Source of the DNA: an uncultured Gemmatimonadales bacterium | Lineage (GTDB): Bacteria; Gemmatimonadota; Gemmatimonadetes; Longimicrobiales; RSA9 | Length of the DNA stretch: 64,000 nt | Direction: 5' to 3' | Assembly (NCBI GenBank): GCA_963741945.1 | Contig: CAVUKA010000005.1 | Location: 512,001-576,000 of the forward strand | In this document: positions 19,651 to 31,543 of the stretch, one piece after another | How positions within the stretch are numbered: position 1 is the first letter of the stretch | How the letters are laid out: every line of letters begins with the position of its first letter | Notes under the pieces: generated by a model | What the model saw: the letters and a program-made list of their open reading frames with translations, nothing else | The model's database searches: none | Told to the model about the DNA's origin: nothing | Program-made: the position numbers and the translations under genes

Positions 19651-20334
19651 ATGATGACACGTGACGGCTGGACGGATCGCCTGTCCGAGTACATCGACGG
19701 CGAGCTGGTGGGCGAGGACCTCGAGGCCATGGAAGCCCACATCCTGGAATGCGGGGAGTGCGCGGCCACGGTGGACGAGCTGCGCGCCGTCGTGACCGCG
19801 GCGGGCACGCTGCCCGACTGCATCCCGGAGCGGGACCTCTGGCCGGGCATCGAGCAGCGGCTGACCCCGCGGGGCGCGCTCCGCCACCGGGAGCAGCCCG
19901 GCGTGGTCCCGCTCGAGTCGAGACGGCGGCGCGTGGTGTTCACGTTGCCGCAGCTGGCGGCAGCCGTGCTGGCGGTGGCGCTCCTCTCGGCGAGCGGCGT
20001 CTGGGCCGCCCTCCGCACGGCCGTGCCGGCGCCCGCGACCGGCGCCGTGGCGGCAGCGCCGGGGACCGGTGCGGCCGCGGCCACGCCCGTGTCGTTCACC
20101 ACGGCGTACGATCGGGCGGTCACCGAGCTGGAGGCGGAGTTCCAGCGTCGACGGACGGAGCTCGACCCCGAAACGATCATCGTGGTGGAGCGGAACCTCC
20201 AGATCATCGATGCGGCCATCGCGGAGGCGCGTGGTGCATTGCAGGCGGATCCGTCGAGCGCGTTCCTGAACGAGCATCTGGCCGAGACGATGCGGCGAAA
20301 GATGGACCTGCTCCGGCAGGCGGCGAGCATCTGA
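19651..20334 (+). CDS. Zinc-finger (zf-HC2/ZAS) anti-sigma factor, transmembrane
   Basis: 'LSEYIDGEL...EAHILECGEC' (HxxxCxxC), central TM helix, directly downstream of the ECF sigma gene. Confidence 0.9.
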   Translation: MMTRDGWTDRLSEYIDGELVGEDLEAMEAHILECGECAATVDELRAVVTAAGTLPDCIPERDLWPGIEQRLTPRGALRHREQPGVVPLESRRRRVVFTLPQLAAAVLAVALLSASGVWAALRTAVPAPATGAVAAAPGTGAAAATPVSFTTAYDRAVTELEAEFQRRRTELDPETIIVVERNLQIIDAAIAEARGALQADPSSAFLNEHLAETMRRKMDLLRQAASI

Positions 20335-20355
20335 GCACAAAGGCGGGATAGAGAC

Positions 20356-21201
20356 ATGCTGACGGCATTCTTGGCGGCGCTTCTGGCGCTGGGCAGTACG
20401 CAACCGGTGGCTCAGGACACGACCCTGCGTGTGTCCCGGGGCATGCGCCTGGAAGTGGGCGAGATCCGCGGCGAGGTGGTGATCTCGACGTGGAACCGCG
20501 ACGCGGTGGGCGTGACCGGGGCCGAAAGCCGCGGTGCGCTGGAAATGACTCTGTCCAGCTCGGCGGTGCGGCTCCGCCCCGGCTCCCGGGCGGGTCGGAA
20601 TGAGCTGGATCTCCGCATCACCGTTCCGGAGTGGATGAACGTGCGGGTGCAGGGCAACCGCCTCGATGTCAGCGTGCGGGGCACGCGCGGCGAGATTTCC
20701 GTCGAGACGGTGGGCGGGGACGTGCAGGTGGACGGCGGAGCGGGGCTCGTGAGCGTCCGGAGCATCCAGGGCGACGTGGGCGTGAGCCACGCCCGGGGGC
20801 GGATCGAGGCCATCTCCGTGAACAAGGACATCACGCTGGACAAGGTGGAGGGCGACATCTACGTCGAGACCACGAACGGCGACATCGACATGACGGGCGT
20901 CCGATCCGGCAGCGTGCGGGCCACCACGGTGAACGGTGAGATCGGGTACCGCGGCACGATCCAGGATGATGGGCGCTACGTCTTCTCCACCCACAACGGG
21001 GATGTGTCCGTCGCCGTCCCGGAGAACGCAAACGCCACTGTCATGGTGGCCACGTACCAGGGCGACTTCGAGAGCGAGTTCCCGATTCGCCTGAGCGGCA
21101 CTTCGAGGGACCGGCAGTTCAGCTTCACGCTCGGGTCGGGCAGCGCCCGGATCGAGCTGGAATCATTCAACGGTGAAATCCGGCTGACGCGCCCCCGCTG
21201 A
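20356..21201 (+). CDS. DUF4097 family beta-strand repeat protein
   Basis: Signal peptide; repeated 'ETVGGDV / SIQGDV / TTNGDI / TVNGEI / SFNGEIRL' units. Confidence 0.85.
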   Translation: MLTAFLAALLALGSTQPVAQDTTLRVSRGMRLEVGEIRGEVVISTWNRDAVGVTGAESRGALEMTLSSSAVRLRPGSRAGRNELDLRITVPEWMNVRVQGNRLDVSVRGTRGEISVETVGGDVQVDGGAGLVSVRSIQGDVGVSHARGRIEAISVNKDITLDKVEGDIYVETTNGDIDMTGVRSGSVRATTVNGEIGYRGTIQDDGRYVFSTHNGDVSVAVPENANATVMVATYQGDFESEFPIRLSGTSRDRQFSFTLGSGSARIELESFNGEIRLTRPR

Positions 21202-21229
21202 GGGAGCGCGGAGCAGGGAGGGCAAGACC

Positions 21230-22009
21230 ATGAAGAGAACCATACTCCTCACCGCCGCCTTGCTGGCGGCCAGCAGTGCGGCGGCCGCCGCCCAGTCCCC
21301 GGACTTCCGCTGGGACGGGAAGCTCGCGGCGGGCAAGACGCTGGAGATCCGCGGCGTCAACGGTGACATCCGGGCGCAGGCCAGCGACGATGACGCCGTC
21401 CACGTGCTGGCCGATCGCCACGGCCGCCGCGACGATCCCTCGAGCGTGCGAATCGAAGTGGTCGAGCACGGCGATGGCGTGACCATCTGCGCCGTCTACC
21501 CGACCCCGCGGGGAGCGCGTCGGGAGAACGAGTGCCGGCCGGGCGGTGGCAGCAACAACGTGCAGCGGAACGACGTGAAGGTGGACTTCACCGTGCAGGT
21601 CCCCCGCGGCGTGCGGCTCACGAGCGTCACCGTGAACGGGGACGTGGAGGCCAGCGGTATCCAGGCGGATGTGAATGCGAGCACCGTCAACGGCAGCGTG
21701 GACGTGCAGACCACGGGGTTCGCTGAAGCCAGCTCGGTCAATGGCGACATCACCTGCCGCATCGGCCGGAGCCAGCTGTCCGGGGACGTGGAGTTCCAGA
21801 CCGTGAACGGGAGCATCACCATCGAGATGCCGGGTGATCTCAATGCCGAATTCCACGCCACTACCGTGAACGGAGGCATCGATTCGGACTTCCCGATCAC
21901 CGTGAGCGGAAAGATGAACCCGCGCAGCGTCCGCGGCCGCATCGGCGATGGCGGGCCCGAGCTCCGGCTGGCCACCGTGAACGGCAGCATCCGGCTCCGG
22001 AAGATCTGA
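21230..22009 (+). CDS. DUF4097 family beta-strand repeat protein
   Basis: Signal peptide; many 'TVNGDV / TVNGSV / TVNGSI' repeats. Confidence 0.85.
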   Translation: MKRTILLTAALLAASSAAAAAQSPDFRWDGKLAAGKTLEIRGVNGDIRAQASDDDAVHVLADRHGRRDDPSSVRIEVVEHGDGVTICAVYPTPRGARRENECRPGGGSNNVQRNDVKVDFTVQVPRGVRLTSVTVNGDVEASGIQADVNASTVNGSVDVQTTGFAEASSVNGDITCRIGRSQLSGDVEFQTVNGSITIEMPGDLNAEFHATTVNGGIDSDFPITVSGKMNPRSVRGRIGDGGPELRLATVNGSIRLRKI

Positions 22010-22029
22010 GTCGGCTCCGCCGAAGGGGG

Positions 22030-22065
22030 GGAGCCCCGCGCCGCTTCGAAGCGGCGCGGGGCTCC
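22030..22065. terminator. Perfect 36-bp palindrome between convergent genes; probable bidirectional terminator
   Basis: GGAGCCCCGCGCCGCTTCGAAGCGGCGCGGGGCTCC is its own reverse complement and is followed by TCTTT. Confidence 0.7.
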
Positions 22066-22100
22066 TCTTTCCGTTCAACCCCGGGCTCGCGCCCGGCGGA

Positions 22101-22997
22101 TCAGCCCGCCAGCACCTTCCCCGCGTAGCCGTTGTCCGGGTTGCCTCCGCGCTTCAGGATCCGGTCCACCGTTCCCGGCCCGCGATTGTACGCAGTCAGC
22201 GCCGTCTCCACATCGCCCTTGTAACGGTCAATGAGCTTCCTGAGGTACTTGAACCCCACGTCCAGGTTCGTGGCCGGATCGTACAGGTCCTTCGCCGAAA
22301 CCTGCGGGTCGAGCCAGCGCGCGGTGCGCGGGAGGACCTGCGTCAGCCCCCGCGCGCCCACGTTGCTCACGGCCCGCTCACGGAACGTGCTCTCGGTGAA
22401 CACGAGCCCGTAGGCCACGTCCGGTTCGATCTCGTGGCGCGTCGCCGCGTCGTAGATCTGTTGCGCCAGGCCGGTGTCGATGTTGTAGCGCATCACCGCG
22501 CCCCCGATCGTCTGCTCGCGGATCGCGGCCGCATTCGCTTCCGACCATGCCCTGGACACGCTCGTGTCCAGGTCCTTCTCCGGCGCCGCCTGCTGGCTCG
22601 CCTCCTCCGGCTGCCCCGTGCGAGGCGCGTCGGAACTCACGCCCGCGTTGATCAGCGGCGCGGCAGCCCCCGCCAGCGTCAGCCCGATCAGAGGCTTCTG
22701 GAACCGGCGCACCAGCATGCGGCTCCGCCCCAGCAGGGATTCCCTCGCCGACGTCGACAGGACATCGGACTTGCGACGACCCCAGCGGCGCCGACGCTCC
22801 GTCTCCGCCGGCTGCTCGCCGCCGCCGCCCTCGCCGCCCTCGCCCGACGCGAACGCGCGCCGATCGCCCGCGCGACGCCGCTCGAACGGGCCCCGCTCGA
22901 TCTCCGTCGCCTCCCAGGCGTGGTCCCCCACCCGGTCACTCGGGAACGGCCCGGTCGATCCGTGCTGTCGTCGATCGTTCTGTTCCGCCACGCCCAT
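22101..22997 (-). CDS. Lytic transglycosylase (SLT domain) with N-terminal cytoplasmic extension and TM
   Basis: 'LVFTESTF...AVSNVGARGLTQV...LYDPATNLDVGFKYL...ALTAYNRGPG'. Confidence 0.9.
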   Translation of the reverse strand: MGVAEQNDRRQHGSTGPFPSDRVGDHAWEATEIERGPFERRRAGDRRAFASGEGGEGGGGEQPAETERRRRWGRRKSDVLSTSARESLLGRSRMLVRRFQKPLIGLTLAGAAAPLINAGVSSDAPRTGQPEEASQQAAPEKDLDTSVSRAWSEANAAAIREQTIGGAVMRYNIDTGLAQQIYDAATRHEIEPDVAYGLVFTESTFRERAVSNVGARGLTQVLPRTARWLDPQVSAKDLYDPATNLDVGFKYLRKLIDRYKGDVETALTAYNRGPGTVDRILKRGGNPDNGYAGKVLAG

Positions 22998-23113
22998 GTG
23001 TGGCCCCCCGGTATATGTAACCTCAATAAATCCAACACTTTAGGGTGCATCACCCGTGCCACGCGCCCGCCTCCCGCTTGGCTGGGACCCGGCGGACCGT
23101 ATCTTCAGGGATC

Positions 23114-25744
<2,631 letters not shown>

Positions 25745-25755
25745 GTCCGAAGCGC

Positions 25756-26685
25756 CTACGGCTCGCGTCCCGCCGAGTCGGGCGGAGGGCGCAGGGGATC
25801 GCATGCCACGATATCCAGCAGCGCCGGAAGTGGCCCCTGGGACTCGCTGGTCAGGAGCAGGCGACCTGCGTCCACGAACGTCACGCCCTCACCCTGCAGC
25901 TGCGACGGCGCCACCACGTCGGCCTCGCGGCCCACGGGCGCCAGGGTGTCCCCCTGCAGCCTGAAGAACCGGATGGAGCCGTACGTCCGGACGGCCACCC
26001 GCCGGGTACCGGCATCGAACGCCGCGCCGGTCACCTGCGCCGATACGCTCGTGGGCGGTGGCGCCAGCTCCTGCACCGGCTCTGCCGTGCGCACCCGCGC
26101 CGCGGGGAACGGCGGCTTCAGCCGGTACATTTCGATGGCGCTGCTCCGGCCCTTGCTGATCACGTAGATCGCGCTGTCGGCCACGAACATCGCTTCGGCG
26201 TCGCGAGGCCTATCGGGATAGCGGAACCGGATGACCGTGGCGGGCGCGCTCACCGAGTCCGTGCGCGGGTCCGGTTCGGGGATCCGGTAGATCATGGAGG
26301 TGTCGTGGTGCTCGTTGTTGTCCCCGGTCTCGGCGATGTAGAGGCAGCTGCCCGCCCCCCCACCGTTGCACGGCGCCACCGCCACGTCCTCCCAGTCCCG
26401 GTTGGTGGCGCGCCGGACGGCGACCACTCCAACCACCTGGCCAGCCTGGTTGACGGCGTACACCACCGGCTGGCCGCCCGAGTCGTTGTGCGTCCAGTAG
26501 ACCCCCGGCGCCACGCTGCTCGCGGCCGCGCCACTGCTCTCGCTCAGCGCCGCGGGAAGCGGGACTTCGACTTCCGGGGCGGAGCACACGCCGTTCCCCG
26601 GTGGAACCGCCGTCTCCCCCGGCGTGCACCCCGCCAGCACCACGACCAGCGCCGATCCGCGCCGCCACCGCCGACCTCGTCTCAC
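25756..26685 (-). CDS. Lipoprotein, beta-propeller-like (SdiA-regulated/phytase-like)
   Basis: Lipobox LAGC; 'ESSG', 'YWTHNDSG', 'DWEDVAV', 'LYIAETGDN', 'DAEA', 'QGEG'; GTG start overlaps the upstream stop. Confidence 0.7.
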   Translation of the reverse strand: MRRGRRWRRGSALVVVLAGCTPGETAVPPGNGVCSAPEVEVPLPAALSESSGAAASSVAPGVYWTHNDSGGQPVVYAVNQAGQVVGVVAVRRATNRDWEDVAVAPCNGGGAGSCLYIAETGDNNEHHDTSMIYRIPEPDPRTDSVSAPATVIRFRYPDRPRDAEAMFVADSAIYVISKGRSSAIEMYRLKPPFPAARVRTAEPVQELAPPPTSVSAQVTGAAFDAGTRRVAVRTYGSIRFFRLQGDTLAPVGREADVVAPSQLQGEGVTFVDAGRLLLTSESQGPLPALLDIVACDPLRPPPDSAGREP

Positions 26686-27992
26686 GTACCCTCCCTGTCG
26701 CTGTCCCGCGTCGCCCACTGCGGCGGCGGAACCGGCTGAACCTGCGATCGGTTGTACGCCGGGAACACCGCCTCGCGCAACGATGGCTGCGCGAGCTCCG
26801 CGTTCACGGCGAGCAGCAGGCGCGTCGACCATTTCCGCATCTCGCGGGCGGGCACCAGGTACCGGACCACGAGGTCCGTCCACGAGTCCCGCGCGCTGAC
26901 GTACACGGCCGGCCGCGTCGCCACGTCCCATGCCAGCCGGGCCCGCTCGAGGAGCGCGGCGTACTCCTGGGCGGCGGCCTCCATGCGCTCCCCGACTTCA
27001 CGATCGGCCACGCGCTGCACTGCGGCCATGGCCAGCCCCAGGTCGCTCTCGTTCGCCACGCTCACCGTCAGCTCGTCCCACACGTACGGGAAGTCGCGCG
27101 TGTAGTTGACCACGTTCGATCGCAGGATCTCCGAGTTCGGGAACGTGATCAGCGCGCCCGTGGACTGCGCCGCCTGCACGCTCTTCTGCGGGCCGCCGGC
27201 TTCGAACACGGTGGTCGTGAGGAAATCGATGCGCGCCACATCGCCGAACACGTCGCCCACGGCCACACGGTCGCCGATCCGGTAGTAGGAACGGAAGGAG
27301 TTGAGCAGCCAGCCGGTGAAGCTCTCGATCGGACCCTGGAGCGCCCACGAGAGCGCCAGCCCGAAAAGCCCCACCGACCCCACCAGCGCGCGGGCGTCCC
27401 CGGCCACGATGCTCAGCGCGGCGCCGAGCGCGACCAGCCAGATGCCAATGGACACGAGGGCCGCCGTGGCCTGCGCCCGCTCCCAGCTGGCGAGCACCCG
27501 CCGCAGCACCATGCCCACCAGCTTCGCCAGCAGGCCGGCCGCCAGGAGGACGAGCAGCGCGATGCCGAGGGCGGGCAGCAGGTTGTAGGTCGTGCGCCCC
27601 AGCGCGCGCAGCGTGCCCGTGGCCCGCCGCGCCGACTCCGCAGGGGCGCGGGTCGGGACGGTGTCGCCGCCCATGGACGTATCGGACTGGGCCGCGCCGC
27701 CTCCCGACCCGGCCACGCTCAGGCCCGCGACAGCGGCGAGGGGCGATGCCCCCGCCTCCGACTCTCCGGGAACGGCACCGGGAGTGCCGACCAGCAGGAG
27801 CGTGAGCGCGGTGACGCCCAGGGCCAGCTTCGACGCGCGGCGGAACGGCGCCAGGCGGCGACCTGCCTCGCGCCTCGCCGTCCCGGCCGACACCGTGCGG
27901 CGCAGCCGCCTCGCCGGACCGCGGCCGGCGCCTCCGGGTGGCCGTGTCCCGACCGGGCGCCGCCGCACCCCGCGCCTCCCTGCCACCCGCAC
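26682..27992 (-). CDS. Mechanosensitive ion channel, MscS family
   Basis: TM helices; 'YRIGDRVAVGDVFGDVARIDFLTT', 'FPNSEIL..NVVNYTRDFPYVWDE'; exact start uncertain. Confidence 0.85.
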   Translation of the reverse strand: MRVAGRRGVRRRPVGTRPPGGAGRGPARRLRRTVSAGTARREAGRRLAPFRRASKLALGVTALTLLLVGTPGAVPGESEAGASPLAAVAGLSVAGSGGGAAQSDTSMGGDTVPTRAPAESARRATGTLRALGRTTYNLLPALGIALLVLLAAGLLAKLVGMVLRRVLASWERAQATAALVSIGIWLVALGAALSIVAGDARALVGSVGLFGLALSWALQGPIESFTGWLLNSFRSYYRIGDRVAVGDVFGDVARIDFLTTTVFEAGGPQKSVQAAQSTGALITFPNSEILRSNVVNYTRDFPYVWDELTVSVANESDLGLAMAAVQRVADREVGERMEAAAQEYAALLERARLAWDVATRPAVYVSARDSWTDLVVRYLVPAREMRKWSTRLLLAVNAELAQPSLREAVFPAYNRSQVQPVPPPQWATRDSDREGT

Positions 27993-27995
27993 GAC

Positions 27996-28493
27996 TCAGC
28001 CGGGGGTGTAGTCGAACTTGGCCAGGACGCGGATGTCCTTCACCGTGTTCGTGACCGGACAGTCCGTCTTCCCCTGGAGACGCCCCGTGCCGCCCTCGTT
28101 CAGTGCCGCCGTGACCGTGATCCGGCACGAAGTGAGCGGGCGGTACGTCGAGCCATCCGGGGCCGTGAATGCGAAGTCCACGCCGTCATCGCTGGTGGTG
28201 AACACGCCCATGGTTCGCGTGTCCGGCAGCACCACCTGGAGCGCTGCCGTGGTGGACTCCTGGATGTAGGTGAACCGGGGTGCCGGCGCGGGGACCAGCA
28301 GCGGGAAGAAGTACTCGCTCGTGGATGTCAGCACCACGGTGCCGAAGCCGTTGTCCAGGTCCTTCGTGACCGCGATGCCCGCGTGGTTACGAGGAGGATC
28401 GAGGAGATCGTCCAGCTTGACCTCCGTCGGACCCGTCGACGGATCGCATGCCGCCAGCGCGAGCGCGGCCAGAATCGGGAATAGTCTTCGCAT
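27996..28493 (-). CDS. Hypothetical lipoprotein
   Basis: MRRLFPILAALALAAC lipobox; beta-rich mature part. Confidence 0.75.
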   Translation of the reverse strand: MRRLFPILAALALAACDPSTGPTEVKLDDLLDPPRNHAGIAVTKDLDNGFGTVVLTSTSEYFFPLLVPAPAPRFTYIQESTTAALQVVLPDTRTMGVFTTSDDGVDFAFTAPDGSTYRPLTSCRITVTAALNEGGTGRLQGKTDCPVTNTVKDIRVLAKFDYTPG

Positions 28494-28605
28494 CGGACCT
28501 GTCCATGTGGCGTCCATTCGCGTGGCAAGATAACACGTCGGCCGCTTGACGGCCCCGCCGGCGCGTCCACCTTGTCCATGCGACAGCACACCCGAAGCGA
28601 GGCTC

Positions 28606-29094
28606 ATGCCAGACCCCGACATCTCCGTTCTCTTCGTATGCCTCGGCAACATCTGCCGCTCCCCGCTCGCCGAGGCACTGTTCCGCGACGCCGTGACCGA
28701 AGCCGGGCTCCAGGACCGCTTCCGGGTCGATTCCGCCGGCACGTCCGGGTACCACGACGGCGAGCCGCCGGACCGGCGCACCACGGCGGTGGCGGCGGCG
28801 AGAGGCGTGACCGTCCGCGGAGTCAGCCGCCGCGTCACGGAGCGCGACCTGGCCTCCTTCGACTACATCATCGCCATGGACGCCGACAACCGCCGGGAAG
28901 TGGAAGCGCTCCGCGGACGCTCCCGCCAGCCGCAGGTGCGCCTGCTCCGCGAGTTCGACCCGCGGGCGGACGGAGACCTCGATGTCCCGGACCCCTATTT
29001 CGGAGGCCCCCGGGGGTTCGAGGACGTCCACGACATGGTGGATCGCTCCGCTCGAGCCCTGCTGCGGCACATCCGCCAGGAACGGCGGCTGTGA
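28606..29094 (+). CDS. Low-molecular-weight protein-tyrosine phosphatase
   Basis: P-loop 'VCLGNICRS', 'DSAGT' and 'DVPDPY'. Confidence 0.95.
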   Translation: MPDPDISVLFVCLGNICRSPLAEALFRDAVTEAGLQDRFRVDSAGTSGYHDGEPPDRRTTAVAAARGVTVRGVSRRVTERDLASFDYIIAMDADNRREVEALRGRSRQPQVRLLREFDPRADGDLDVPDPYFGGPRGFEDVHDMVDRSARALLRHIRQERRL

Positions 29095-30008
29095 GCGCCC
29101 TCGCCCTCCCGCCGGCGGTTCGCGCCGCCGTCGAGGCCGCGCTCCGGGAGCGGAGCCCGGGCAGCCCCGACGACGGCGACATCGCCGACGCCTCGCCTGT
29201 GGCCGGCGGCTGCATCAGCCCCACGGCCCGACTCCGCACCCGTGCCGGGCGGCCGCTCTTCCTGAAGTGGCACGACGGCCGCCTCCCCGCGGGGATGCTG
29301 GAGGCGGAAGCGCGCGGGCTCCGGGCCCTGCGTTCGGCCGGCGACGTACGGGTGCCGGGCGTCGTGGCCCTCGGGCGCTCCCCCGAGTGGCTGCTGCTGG
29401 AATGGCTCGAGCCGGGGGCCGCCACACCCGGTTCCTGGAGCCGTCTCGGCCGGGAGCTCGCCGCCCTGCACCGCACCCGCGCCGACCGGTTCGGCGCCGA
29501 CCACGACAACTTCATCGGCTCGCTCCCGCAGGAGAACGCGTGGCTCGATGCGTGGCCCGAGTTCTGGCAGCGGCGACGGCTCGAGCCGCAGCTGCGGCGG
29601 GCGGTCGACGCCGGCCTCCTCGGCGCCGCCGACCGGCGACGCTTCGACGCCCTGTTCGTCGCCCTCGAAGACATCCTCGGACCGGCGGCCGATGCGGACG
29701 GGGCCTCCCTCGTCCACGGCGACCTGTGGAGCGGCAACGTGCATGTGCTCGGCGACGGCACGCCCGCCATCATCGACCCCGCGGCCTACCACGGACACCG
29801 CGAGGTGGACCTGGCCATGGCCGCCCTCTTCGGCGGGTTCGGACCCGGCTTCCGCACCGCGTACGAGGAGGCCTGGCCGCTGCAGCCGGGGTTCGAGCCC
29901 GCGCGCCGTTCGATCTATCAGCTCTACTTCCTCCTCGTCCACGTGAACCTGTTCGGCGCCGGGTACGTAGGGGGGACGCGCAGGGCGCTGGAGGCGGCGG
30001 GCTTCTGA
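29091..30008 (+). CDS. Fructosamine kinase family protein
   Basis: GTGA overlap; 'GGCIS', 'FLKW', 'EARGL', 'HGDLWSGN', 'IDPAAYHGHREVDLAM'. Confidence 0.93.
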   Translation: MSALALPPAVRAAVEAALRERSPGSPDDGDIADASPVAGGCISPTARLRTRAGRPLFLKWHDGRLPAGMLEAEARGLRALRSAGDVRVPGVVALGRSPEWLLLEWLEPGAATPGSWSRLGRELAALHRTRADRFGADHDNFIGSLPQENAWLDAWPEFWQRRRLEPQLRRAVDAGLLGAADRRRFDALFVALEDILGPAADADGASLVHGDLWSGNVHVLGDGTPAIIDPAAYHGHREVDLAMAALFGGFGPGFRTAYEEAWPLQPGFEPARRSIYQLYFLLVHVNLFGAGYVGGTRRALEAAGF

Positions 30009-30100
30009 CGGGACTCCCCGAGCGCCGGATCCTCATCCATATTCCACCGTTCACGGCGCGGGCGCCGGGACTCCGGGGAGCACCAGCGGAAGGGGAAGTC

Positions 30101-31522
30101 ATGGGTTCAGGTCGGGCGGGGCGGGCGTGGACGGAGCGAGGGACGGCGATGGTCCTCCTGTCGCTCCTGCTGGCGGCAGGGTGCGGCGGACGGGCGGGGC
30201 CGACGCCGGCCGCCCCCGAGCCCGCCGAGAGCCCCGAGCCGGTCACACGGGAGATGGCGCTGGCGGTCTTCGACTCGGCGTGGAGCCGCGTGCTCCATAC
30301 CTATTACGACACCACGTTCCACGGCCTGGACTGGCGGGCGATCGGAGACGAGTACCGCCCGGCGGCCGCGACTGCGGGGACGGCCGACTCCCTCCGAGCT
30401 GTGATCCAGCGGATGGTCGAGCGGCTGGGCGACAGCCACTTCCTCGTCATCCCCGCCGCGGCGGCAGACGCGCTGAATCCGGACTCGGCCGCCGGGAAGC
30501 GCGGGAACCCGGGCGATGTGGGGCTGGAGACGCGTGTAGTGGATGGCCGTGTGATCACCTGGCGGGTGGACCCCGGGATGCCGGGGGCCGAGGCCGGGGT
30601 CCGGCCCGGGTGGGTGGTGCAGGAGATCGACTCCGTGCCTGCGTCCAGGCTCCTGTCCTTCCTCGAGCCGCTGTCGGAGCAGCGCCGGCTCGCCGAGGCG
30701 AGGGTCGCGGTCGCCGCGGACGCTCGCCTGGCCGGTCGCGTGGGCGACACCGTCGTCGTCCGGCTGACGGACGGAAGCGGGAAGCAGAGGACCGTGGCCC
30801 TGGTGCCCCGCCCGCTGCGTGGGACGCCGGTGCGTTTCGGCAACCTCCCCACCATGTTCGCCTCCCTGGAGGCGGCGCCCATGCCCGCGGGCGATGGCTG
30901 CGCGGGGGTGATCCGATTCAGCGTCTGGATGACCGCCATCCTCCCCGCCTTCGATGATGCCGTGCAGTCGCTGCGTCACTGCCGGGGGTTCGTGCTGGAC
31001 CTGCGCGGCAACCCGGGCGGTGTCGCCGGAATGGTCATGGGCGTGTCGGGGTACTTCATGGACGAGCAGAAGGAGCTCGGGGTGATGACCACGCGCCAGG
31101 GACAGATGCACATCCGGTCCATGCCGCGCACGGTGACCCGGGAGGGAGCGGCCATGCGGCCCTTTGCCGGCCCGCTGGCGCTGCTGGTGGACGGCGAGAC
31201 CATGTCCACCAGCGAGATCTTCGCCGCCGGGCTGCAGGAGGTGGGCCGGGCGAGGGTGTTCGGGGACACGACGGGGGGGCAGGCGCTGCCCGCGGTGCTG
31301 GTCCGGCTGCCGAACCGCGACCTGCTGATGCACCCGATCGCCAACCTGGTCGGCCCGGACGGGAAGCGGGTGGAAGGGCGCGGCGTGATCCCGGACGTGG
31401 TCACACCGCTGACACGGAAGGACCTGCTGGCAGGGAAGGACGCGGCGCTGGACGCAGCGCTGCGCTGGATCGAGGACACAGGCACCACAGAGGCGAGCGC
31501 GCAGGCGCCCGCCCACCCATGA
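30101..31522 (+). CDS. S41 family peptidase lipoprotein (PDZ + tail-specific protease)
   Basis: Lipobox LAAGC; 'DSH', 'DLRGNPGG', 'TMSTSEIF', 'VEGRGVIPD'. Confidence 0.9.
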   Translation: MGSGRAGRAWTERGTAMVLLSLLLAAGCGGRAGPTPAAPEPAESPEPVTREMALAVFDSAWSRVLHTYYDTTFHGLDWRAIGDEYRPAAATAGTADSLRAVIQRMVERLGDSHFLVIPAAAADALNPDSAAGKRGNPGDVGLETRVVDGRVITWRVDPGMPGAEAGVRPGWVVQEIDSVPASRLLSFLEPLSEQRRLAEARVAVAADARLAGRVGDTVVVRLTDGSGKQRTVALVPRPLRGTPVRFGNLPTMFASLEAAPMPAGDGCAGVIRFSVWMTAILPAFDDAVQSLRHCRGFVLDLRGNPGGVAGMVMGVSGYFMDEQKELGVMTTRQGQMHIRSMPRTVTREGAAMRPFAGPLALLVDGETMSTSEIFAAGLQEVGRARVFGDTTGGQALPAVLVRLPNRDLLMHPIANLVGPDGKRVEGRGVIPDVVTPLTRKDLLAGKDAALDAALRWIEDTGTTEASAQAPAHP

Positions 31523-31543
31523 ACAGATGAATAGGGGAGTTCG

